This document shows, one piece after another, positions 29,979 to 38,142 of a stretch of DNA of 64,000 nucleotides. Both the position numbers and the translations under genes were made by a program. The notes beneath the pieces were generated by a model. That model saw only the letters and a list, made by a program, of their open reading frames with translations. It was not told where the DNA came from and made no database searches. This DNA is from Alphaproteobacteria bacterium (GTDB taxonomy: Bacteria > Pseudomonadota > Alphaproteobacteria > Bin95): NCBI GenBank assembly GCA_965205265.1, contig CBDBGH010000003.1, positions 3,168,001-3,232,000 on the forward strand, read 5' to 3'. How positions within the stretch are numbered: the stretch's first letter is position 1; the number at the start of each line of letters is the position of its first letter.

Positions 29979-32037
29979 TGCGTTGCCGCGATCGGTGTTG
30001 ACGCGCAAGGCCGTGGTTTATGTCCGTCAGTCCACGCCCCAGCAGATGCGGAACAATCTCGAGAGCCAGCGCCGCCAATACGATCTCGTCAACGTGGCGC
30101 GCGGGCACGGTTTCGCCCGGGTTGAGGTCATCGACGAAGATCTGGGCCTGTCGGCGAGTGGCGCCATCGCACGGCCGGGTTTCGAGCGTCTCGTCGCCTG
30201 GCTGTGTGCCGGGGACGTCGGAGCGGTACTTTGCTTCGAGGCGTCTCGCATCTCCCGCAACGGCCGGGACTGGCACCATCTGCTCGAGCTCTGCGGTCTC
30301 GTGGAGGCCCGCGTCATCGACCTGGATGGCATCTATGATCCTCGCCACCCAAACGACCGCTTGCTGCTCGGACTTAAGGGCCAGATCAGTGAGTTCGAAC
30401 TCGGCGTTCTCCGCGCACGGATGCTCGACGCCGCCCGATCCAAGGCAGCGCGCGGCGAGCTTCGCATCAGCGTCCCGATCGGTTACGTGTGGCATCCCCA
30501 AGGCGGGCTGGGGCTGGATCCTGACATTCGGGTTCAGGAAGCGATCCGTCAGATATTCGCCCGATTTCGCGAGCTGGGCAGCGCGCGGCAGGTCCTGTTG
30601 ACGCTGGTCGAGCAGCAGCATTGCTTCCCGCGCCCGTCAGATGGCAGGACAACGGTTAGCTTCGACTGGACGCCGATCCGCTATCGCAATGTGATTTCGG
30701 TATTGAAGAACCCCTTCTACGCTGGTGTCTATGCCTACGGCAAAAGCGAACAACGAACCGAGATCGTCGACGGGCGGGTGCACAAAAGCTATGGCCACCG
30801 GAGACCGATGGCGGAATGGGAGGTCATGCTGAAGGACCATCACGAGGGCTACATCGATTGGGCGGAGTTCGAGCGCAACCAGGCGCAACTCGCCGCCAAC
30901 GCCTTCGGCTGGTCCGGCGGCGCGAAGTCCGGGCGCGGCGGACGGGCGCTGCTGAGCGGACTTCTCAGCTGTGGGCGCTGCGGCCGCTCAATGTCAGTCG
31001 CCTATGCTGGGCAATCACCGGGCAATCCTGTTTATTTCTGCAACCGGCAACACCTCCAGCTCGGGCTCGATCGCTGTCTGAGGTTCGGCGGCGCGCGTGT
31101 GGATGCCGCCATTGCCGATGAGATCATCGGGGTCGTCGAGCCCTTGGCCGTGGAAGCCTCCTTGAAGGCCGAGCGGGTGAAGGTGGAGGGCCTGAGCGAA
31201 CAACAGCGAGTGGCCGAGCTGGACCTGCAGCAAGCCCGCTACGAAGCATCACTCGCCGAGCGGCGCTATGCCGCCTGCGATCCGGACAACCGGTTGATTG
31301 CCGCCGAGCTGGAGAAGAGTTGGGAGGCGGCGCTTCGCCGCGTCCAGGTGTGCGAAGCGCGGCTGGAGGCAATGCGGTCGCCGTCACCGCAGCCCTCGGG
31401 ACCGGATCTGGCCGGGCTTGCCGATGACCTGAAGGCAGCCTGGAACGCGCCGGGGGTGAGCATGCGTGCCCGCCAGCGGCTCGTACGCACCCTGATCGCC
31501 GGCATCGTCGCCGATGTCGACGAGGAAGCGCGCGAAGTCCTGCTGACGATCCACTGGGTCGGTGGCCGCCATTCCCGATTGCGGGTTCGAAAGCCCAGAA
31601 CCGGTGAACATGGCTGCCGAACGCCCGAGGAAGCGCTGGCGGTGATACGCAGCATGGCCGGGCGGTGGTCGGACGAACATATCGCTGCGTCTCTCAACCG
31701 GATGGGCATGCGGACCGGCCAGCACAAGAGCTGGACCGGCAAGCGGGTCGGATCGATCCGTCGCGTGAACGGGATCGACGGCTATCTCTCAGCGGACAAG
31801 CAGGGCGATTGGTACACCATGACCGAGGCGGCGAACGAGTTGGGCACCACCAGCCATACGCTCAGGCGCCTCATCGAGGATGGAACGCTACCCGCCACGC
31901 AGCTCGTTCCCCGAGCGCCTTGGCAGATCAGAGCCGCGGACCTCCATTCAGAGAGCGTTGCTCACGCCCTGGCACAAAGGAAAGGCCCGCGTCGCACTTC
32001 ATGCCGGGATCAGATGTCAATGTTTTCAGATAGTTGA
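29959..32037 (+). CDS. Large serine recombinase with zinc ribbon, coiled coil and C-terminal HTH
   Basis: AVVYVRQST, DEDLGLSASG, EASRISRN, LKNPFYAG, LLSCGRCG, terminal TMTEAANELG..TLRRLI. Confidence 0.95.
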   Translation: MTMSTSDALPRSVLTRKAVVYVRQSTPQQMRNNLESQRRQYDLVNVARGHGFARVEVIDEDLGLSASGAIARPGFERLVAWLCAGDVGAVLCFEASRISRNGRDWHHLLELCGLVEARVIDLDGIYDPRHPNDRLLLGLKGQISEFELGVLRARMLDAARSKAARGELRISVPIGYVWHPQGGLGLDPDIRVQEAIRQIFARFRELGSARQVLLTLVEQQHCFPRPSDGRTTVSFDWTPIRYRNVISVLKNPFYAGVYAYGKSEQRTEIVDGRVHKSYGHRRPMAEWEVMLKDHHEGYIDWAEFERNQAQLAANAFGWSGGAKSGRGGRALLSGLLSCGRCGRSMSVAYAGQSPGNPVYFCNRQHLQLGLDRCLRFGGARVDAAIADEIIGVVEPLAVEASLKAERVKVEGLSEQQRVAELDLQQARYEASLAERRYAACDPDNRLIAAELEKSWEAALRRVQVCEARLEAMRSPSPQPSGPDLAGLADDLKAAWNAPGVSMRARQRLVRTLIAGIVADVDEEAREVLLTIHWVGGRHSRLRVRKPRTGEHGCRTPEEALAVIRSMAGRWSDEHIAASLNRMGMRTGQHKSWTGKRVGSIRRVNGIDGYLSADKQGDWYTMTEAANELGTTSHTLRRLIEDGTLPATQLVPRAPWQIRAADLHSESVAHALAQRKGPRRTSCRDQMSMFSDS

Positions 32038-32065
32038 AGAGGGGGTGCAGAATGACTCCATCGTC

Positions 32066-33468
32066 GCAATACCGCGCAGACAGCGCTCGGCGGCATTGTT
32101 CGAGAGGCAGATGCGCCCGTCGTCGAGGAAGCGGGCGAAGCGGTCCCATCGTCTGAGCATGTAGTCCATGGCCTTGGCGACGGGGGCATGGCGGGAGAGC
32201 CTGGCGCGTTCGGTCTTCATCCAGGTCTTGAGATCGGCGACGAGCGGCGCGCTCAGCTCCTGGCGGACGGCATGGCGCCGCGCGACGGTCTTGCCGTTGA
32301 TGTCGCGCTTGATGTCGAACAGCAGGTCGATCCGCTTCACGGCTTCCATCGCCAGCGGCGAGATCGGCGGCGCGTTCCTGCGCCCCTTGCCGGCGGCAAT
32401 GTCGGCGCGTTCGAAGAATTTGCGTCGACCATGCGCCCAACAGGGAACTTCGGTGACAGGCCCGGGCAGCCGCGTGGCCGCGTAGAGGCGGTTGTAGCCG
32501 GCGAAACTGTCGGCCTGGAGGATGCCGGCGAAGCTCTCCAGGTGCTCGACCGGATGATCGCCGGACCGGTTCCGCGAGTAGCGGAACAGGGCCGCCGGCG
32601 GGTCCGGACCGCCGAACGGCCGGTCGTCGCGGACATAGACCCAGGCCCGGCCCTTGTCGGTCTTGCCCCTGGCCAGCACCGGCACCGGCGTGTCGTCGCC
32701 ATGCAGGCGTTCGGCCGCCATGACATGCGATGCGATCAGGTCGTGCAGCGGCCTCAGCGCCACCGTGCAGGCGCCGACCTGGTCGGCCAGGGTCGACAGG
32801 CTGAGGTCGACGCCTTCGCGCGCGAAGCGGTCGCGCTGGCGGTTCAGCGGCTGGTGCTGCCCATACTTCTCGAAGACGATCGTCGCGAGCAGGTTGGGGC
32901 CCGCCCAGCCGCGCGGCGTCGGGTGGAACGGCGCCGGCGGCTGGCTGATCTTCTCGCAATCGCGGCATGTGAACTTCTCGCGCACCGTCTGGATCACCTT
33001 CCACTGGCGCGGAATGACCTCCAGCGTCTCGGTGACGTCCTCGCCGATCTTGGAGAGCTTCTGCGAGCCGCAGCATGCGCAGGCGTCCGGCGGCGTCACC
33101 ACCACGCGCTCGCGCGGCAGATGCGCGGGGAACGGCTTGCGCCCGAACCGGCGGCGGCGGGTGAAGCCCTTGACCCGGGTCGCGCCGGCCGCCGCCTGTT
33201 CGGCCGCCAACTCGTCCTCGGTCGCGCTCGCCTCGAGCTCGTCTAGCTGGAGTTCCATCTGGTCGAGAAGCCGCTGCTTGCGCTCCGAACGCTGGCCGAA
33301 AAGCGCGCGGCGGAGCTTCTCGATCATCAGCTTCAGGGCGGCGATCTGCGCTTCGGCGTCGGATACCTGCGCCGCCGCGTTCGCGGCCCGCGCCTCGGCC
33401 TCGCTGGCCTTGGCTTCCGACGCCGCCAGCGCCGCCTTCAGCGCGTCGATCTCCGATCCGTCCGGCAT
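32066..33468 (-). pseudogene. tnpC: IS66 tnpC 5' part
   Basis: LFGQRSE, CACCGS, LHGDDTPV, LQADSFAGY, CWAHGRRKF, SNNAAERCLRGIA then break. Confidence 0.92.
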
Positions 33469-33539
33469 GAACGGAAGCGAATCACAACAGCCGCTGCGCC
33501 GCCATGCCAATCCTGTCCGGTGAGTCCATTTGCCGCCCG

Positions 33540-33887
33540 TCAGCCGGCCCGCGACGGACGCCAGGTCCGCACCGGGTTGCGCCAGTCGATCCCCTCAAGC
33601 AGGTAGCCGAGCTGCGCCGCGCTGATCGACACCGCCTCGCCCGAAGCCGAAGGCCAGGGGAACCGGCCGCGCTCCAGGCGCTTGGCGTAGAGCGACGTGC
33701 CGATCCCGTCGGTCCAGAGAATCTTCACGAGGTCGCCCTTGCGTCCGCGGAATATGAAGAGATCGCCCGCATGCGGGTCCCGCCCGAGACCCTGCTGGAC
33801 CTGCAGCGCCAGCGTGTTCATCCCGCGCCGCATGTCCGTCACGCCGGTCGCCAGCCACACCCGCGCTCCGCTCGGAACCGGGATCAT
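33540..33887 (-). CDS. tnpB: IS66 accessory protein TnpB
   Basis: TDMRRGMNTL, FIFRGRKGDLVKILW, YAKRLERGRF. Confidence 0.95.
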   Translation of the reverse strand: MIPVPSGARVWLATGVTDMRRGMNTLALQVQQGLGRDPHAGDLFIFRGRKGDLVKILWTDGIGTSLYAKRLERGRFPWPSASGEAVSISAAQLGYLLEGIDWRNPVRTWRPSRAG

Positions 33888-34297
33888 CGCCGCTCCAGAA
33901 CCCCGAGAACCCGCGACAGAGCCGCCGCGTCCACATCCCGGTCGACCGTCACACGCGAGCCGTCCGCCAGGGCAATCTCCATACGCCCGGAGGAAGACGC
34001 CTCGATAGCCGGCGGCGCCGGCAGCAGCTTCGCCGGGTCCGCCCCCTCCATCGAAGAGACGACTACCGGGACGAAGCCGCCCGCCATACGCGCCAGCTCC
34101 CGATACTGGCGGCGCCAGCTGAAGACCAGGTTCGCGTTCACGTCATGACGCCGCGCCACCACCGAAACCGAAATCCCCGGCTGGTAGCTCTCCGTCACGA
34201 CCTGCCGCTTGCGCGCCTCGCTCCAGCGACGGCGGCGGCGGCGAACCCGAACCTCGCCCCCGGCCCCCGAATGCTCCGCGTCGTCCGACATACGCAT
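33884..34297 (-). CDS. tnpA: IS66 TnpA (HTH)
   Basis: RRRWSEARKRQVV, SVVARRHDVNANLVFSWRRQY. Confidence 0.9.
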   Translation of the reverse strand: MRMSDDAEHSGAGGEVRVRRRRRRWSEARKRQVVTESYQPGISVSVVARRHDVNANLVFSWRRQYRELARMAGGFVPVVVSSMEGADPAKLLPAPPAIEASSSGRMEIALADGSRVTVDRDVDAAALSRVLGVLERR

Positions 34298-34401
34298 AGT
34301 GTCCACTTGTCCTTGATGGACACCCAAGCGCGCCCATCCCCGAGCGCGAACCCTCGCCGATCCACGACAAAGCCGACAGGCGGTCTACGACGTAGGCTTA
34401 C

Positions 34402-35557
34402 GGTAACGCGCCCGGCGCGGGTTCGTTCGACGGCGCCGAGCCACTGGAACTTCTCGCGGTTTCTGGGGCGTGTTGTGCAGCTTGAGGACGAGCAGGGGCT
34501 GGTGTCCGCCATGATCGAGAGCCTGCGGGCGGCGCTGTTCGCCGCGTTGCCGGACTTCGGGCGTCACCTCGGCTACGACGGCAAGGCGCTCGCGAGCCAC
34601 TCGACGGGCCGGGTCGGCAAGGACAAGGGCAAGACCTCGGACCCCGACGCCGACTGGGGCAAGCACGAGACGGGCGGGGTGGACGCCAGGACCGGCGCGG
34701 TGTGGAAGAAGGTGAAGTCGTGGTTCGGCTACGGGCTGCACCTGATCGCCGACACCGATTACGAGGTTCCGGTGGCCTTCGAGGTGACGCGCGCTTCGGC
34801 CTCGGAACCCAGGGTGCTGTCCGGGATGCTGGAGGAGCTGTTCGCAAGGGCGCCGGAGATCGCCGGGCGCTGCGCCGACTTCAGCGCCGACCGCGGTCTC
34901 GACGATGCCCGCCTGAAGGCGCGGCTGTGGGACCGGTGGACCGCCCGCCCGCAGATCGATACACGGCTGATGTGGCGGGTGGAGAAGCAGGAGCCGAGAT
35001 ACGATCCGGCGCAGCCGATCACGCGGCCGCTGTTCCCCGACCGCGCCGATGTCATCGTTCACGACGAGCGCGGCCGGGTGTCCTGCGTCTGTCCCGGGAC
35101 CGGCGAGGTCCGCGCCATGGCGTTTCAGGGGTTCGAGGCTGATCGAGGCCGCTGCGGCACGCTCAAATACCGCTGCCCGGCAGCCGCCTTCGGCTTCGCC
35201 TGCGCCGGCAGCCGGGCCTGCCACCGGGCCGGCGGGGTCAAGCCCGGAGACCATGGCCGCATCCTGCGCATCGACCTCGACAGCCACGACCGGCGCATCT
35301 TCACCCCCACGCCTTGGGGCAGTCCGTCATGGCGGCGCGGCTATAACCGCCGCTCGGCCATGGAGCGGATCAACAGCCGCCTCGACAACAGCTTCAACTT
35401 CGAGACCCACTACATCCGAGGCCGCGCCAGGATGAAGACCCGCCTCGCCCTCGCCCTGGCGGTGATGATGGCGATGGCTCTCGCCCAGGCCCGCGCCGGC
35501 CGCCCCGAGCGCATGCGTTCCCTGGTCGGCGCCGTGCCGTATCTCGACACCGGATGA
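34402..35557 (+). pseudogene. 5'-truncated DDE transposase (IS1182/IS5-like)
   Basis: YDGK, SDPDADWG, WFGYGLHLIAD, ADRGLD, YNRRSAMERINSRL; N-terminus replaced by the IS66 end. Confidence 0.75.
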
Positions 35558-35793
35558 CCGCTCATCCGCCTCCCGACAATCCTGCCCGACCCCGCCGCCC
35601 GACGGCAGAGGGGAAGACACGCCCGCACGCCAGACAATCTTCCGGTAATCGTACTTGTCAGGCCCCGGAAGCCCGTATCCTGCCCGGTGGGGAAGCGGGC
35701 CGGACGATATTCGACCGCCAAAATCGAACCGGCGACAGCCAAAAATCACCACAGCGCACATTTCTCGGTGGGTGCACGTCGCATTTGTGAGAT

Positions 35794-37137
35794 TCATGGT
35801 ATTGCGCCGGCTCGTCGTTCCCAGAAGTCGTCGAAGCGATTGCTCTCGACGGCGCAGCGCAGGGCGATGATGGCGTTGGCGCCGTTGACGGTCCAGCGCA
35901 TGCCTCCCTGCTTGAGGCGGGCGCCGACGATGTTCTTGCAGCCGCCCTCGACCACGCCGCTGGCCACGCACAAGCCCATCGCGCGGAACTTCGGGTAGTT
36001 CATGCGCTCGCGGTTGTTGGTGAAATACTCGGCGTTCTTGCGGGCGTTCTCGCAAGTTTCGGCATGGCCCTTGAGGGCGGCGATCACCTCGTCGACGCGG
36101 CCCTCGTCGAGTTCCTCGCGCCGCTTCCCGGCCCATCGCTCACCGATCTCGCTGCCGGTCCCGTAGATCGCCTTGGCTGCGTCGAACAGGTGGCCCTTGG
36201 CATGGAAGATGTCGACGATCTGGATGGCGTCGGGGAAGTGCTCATCGGCGAAGTTCCAGATCCACGGCGCGCCGTCGCCGAGGATGACCCGGCGCTCGGC
36301 CGTGTCGAAGCCGCGGCGTTCGGCCTCGCGGATGACACGCCGGGCGAAGGGCGCGGGCTCGGGGTCGAACTCGCGGGTGGCGATGGATTCGATGGCGGCG
36401 TTGTAGGTGGCGGAGCCGGGGTCGCGCACCGGACGCCCCTCCCTGTCGACGGTCTCCGCCGACCACACGACGGCGAGCTTGGCCTCGCGGGTGCTGGCGG
36501 AGCCGTCGGGCTGCTTGCCCGCGCGGCCCTCGACCTCGGTCTTGCGCGCCGGCACGCCGGTGCCGTCGAGGCCGAGATAGAGGGTGGGGGCGTCGGACGG
36601 CTCGGGTTCGATCACGCGGCATTCGTCGCCTGCGATCTCTCGCCCGAGCGCCTCGGCATGGCGTTCGACCGTCTTCGGCGCGACAGCCAGGCCTGCCAGT
36701 TCGCGCAACAGGGCGCTGGAGCCCTCGAAGCTGGTACGGGCAGCAGCAACGCCGATCATGCGCAGCGCCGCCGGTGAGAGGAAAGTATCTTGCATGCCGA
36801 GGGTTCGATCACGCGGGCTGAAGCCGCGGTGGCAACGGTCGCAGTGATACCAGGCGCGCTCCAGCGTCAGAGGGCCGAGAGCGGTGGTGAAGGTCTTGGG
36901 CCGGCGGCCGGCGAAGCGCGCCTCGCCGCCGCACGCACACGACAGCCACGGTCCCCGGTTGTCGGAACGGTCGGCATTGAGCCTGTGGGCGACGGCCTGC
37001 CCCATGATCTGCAACGCAACCCGCCGCGCTTCGATCTCGATCGCCTGGAAGTCATCGACGACGCCCGCGCCGATCAGCCACTCGACCTCGGCCTCGACCT
37101 CCTCCGCGATCGCTGCGTCGAGACCCCCCTTTTTCCC
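35794..37137 (-). CDS. ISKra4 transposase, probably reached by -1 frameshift
   Basis: LDGTG, LGDGAPWIW, DIFHAKGHL, SGVVEGGCK, RLKQGGMRW. Confidence 0.88.
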   Translation of the reverse strand, partial: GKKGGLDAAIAEEVEAEVEWLIGAGVVDDFQAIEIEARRVALQIMGQAVAHRLNADRSDNRGPWLSCACGGEARFAGRRPKTFTTALGPLTLERAWYHCDRCHRGFSPRDRTLGMQDTFLSPAALRMIGVAAARTSFEGSSALLRELAGLAVAPKTVERHAEALGREIAGDECRVIEPEPSDAPTLYLGLDGTGVPARKTEVEGRAGKQPDGSASTREAKLAVVWSAETVDREGRPVRDPGSATYNAAIESIATREFDPEPAPFARRVIREAERRGFDTAERRVILGDGAPWIWNFADEHFPDAIQIVDIFHAKGHLFDAAKAIYGTGSEIGERWAGKRREELDEGRVDEVIAALKGHAETCENARKNAEYFTNNRERMNYPKFRAMGLCVASGVVEGGCKNIVGARLKQGGMRWTVNGANAIIALRCAVESNRFDDFWERRAGAIP

Positions 37138-37505
37138 GGCGCGGCCGGCTTGTCCGCGTCCAGCCTGGCATCGCATATCCGGCCGCTGACCTCGACAAGC
37201 GCGCGCACCAGACCGCGAAGCCGCTGGTATTCCGCGATCTGCGCCCGCGTTCCCTCAATGGCGTCGGCGGGAACGGTGCGGCCGCGGGACTTCCCTGTCT
37301 CCCTGTCCGGCCAAGTCAACAACCAGTAGGGGCCATGCCCCTGCGCCCCCTCGACCGCGCAATGGCAGTTCGGTTTGCCGCACTTGCGGTACTGTGCCCT
37401 GAGCGAACCCTGACGGAGGTCGCCGATGCCCGCAATCTCCCGCAGCAGCTCGCCACGCTGTTCGACGAGGCCGTCGTGATCGGTCCTGGCCATGTCCGCC
37501 TCCAT
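37074..37505 (-). CDS. ISKra4 upstream ORF (DUF6788-like)
   Basis: GSLRAQYRKCGKPNCHCA...GHGPYW. Confidence 0.8.
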   Translation of the reverse strand: MEADMARTDHDGLVEQRGELLREIAGIGDLRQGSLRAQYRKCGKPNCHCAVEGAQGHGPYWLLTWPDRETGKSRGRTVPADAIEGTRAQIAEYQRLRGLVRALVEVSGRICDARLDADKPAAPGKRGVSTQRSRRRSRPRSSG

Positions 37506-37599
37506 CTGTCCCCAAATATAAGAAACAGATATCGTGGCGAAACCATGGCATTTCTCAACCTCGCAAAATCAGGACGTGCACCCTTTCTCGGTTTGGAAG

Positions 37600-37628
37600 T
37601 TGACTTGCATTCGGCTTCCGGTTATACT
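37600..37628 (+). promoter_or_regulatory. Near-consensus sigma70 promoter facing the RTX operon
   Basis: TTGACT, 17-nt spacer, TATACT. Confidence 0.6.
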
Positions 37629-37744
37629 ATGCAACAAGTCTGGACTGTTCGCTGGCCGTTGTGCGGTCGCAAACCGGTCCAGAATTGCGGAGGCCGAGGT
37701 CATGACGAATACTGCAAGCGTCATTGCGATGCGCGACCTTCGTA

Positions 37745-37759
37745 CCCCCCCCCCCCCCC
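37745..37759 (+). repeat. C15 homopolymer tract
   Basis: GTA-C15-GCAAG. Confidence 0.9.
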
Positions 37760-38142
37760 GCAAGGGAAGCACCTGCGCCTCTGTCCCTGAGCGGCGCCCA
37801 GCCGGACGCAAGCGTCCCGACGCCTTCCTGCCCGCTTCGCAGTGCCGACGGCGGGACGGTCGTGGCCGGCAAGGAGACATCGGCTGCGCGCGCCGTTTCG
37901 GAAGGCCCGCGGCGAGGAAATCGGCGGCAAGCCCGGTCCTGGCCGTCCACTCCGGCCTGGCTGTGGGTTGGCAGGTGTGCCGGGAGCGCAGGAAGCTGGC
38001 GAGACCCGCCATCTGCGAACCCGGCGGCGCCCTGCAGGAGGGCGAATTGATGCCAGCCGCCGGTCGCGCACGGCCACCATGCAGGACGCACGTTCCTGCA
38101 ACGGTCCCCAATCCTGAAAACTGACAAGGAGTCCATGACATC

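Larger units (their letters stand above)
29478..32067 (+). mobile_element. Large serine recombinase element (2.59 kb) integrated in IS66 tnpC
   Basis: Shared GC core at 29476-29477 and 32066-32067; symmetric attP arms GCAGAATGA / TCATTCTGC; removal restores LRGIALGRK. Confidence 0.88.
29166..34401 (-). mobile_element. IS66 family element, interrupted
   Basis: Ends GTAAGCGTCC (29166) and GTAGGCTTAC (34401); tnpA-tnpB-tnpC order; no matching target duplication. Confidence 0.88.
35770..37583 (-). mobile_element. ISKra4 family element, intact
   Basis: TIR GGGTGCACGTC / GACGTGCACCC; 9-bp target duplication TTTCTCGGT at 35761-35769 and 37584-37592. Confidence 0.9.

Noticed and set aside
29959-32037. 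This recombinase as the integrase of the 17.9-kb element
   Set aside because: It has its own att sites at 29476 and 32066, whose sequence is unrelated to the outer attP.
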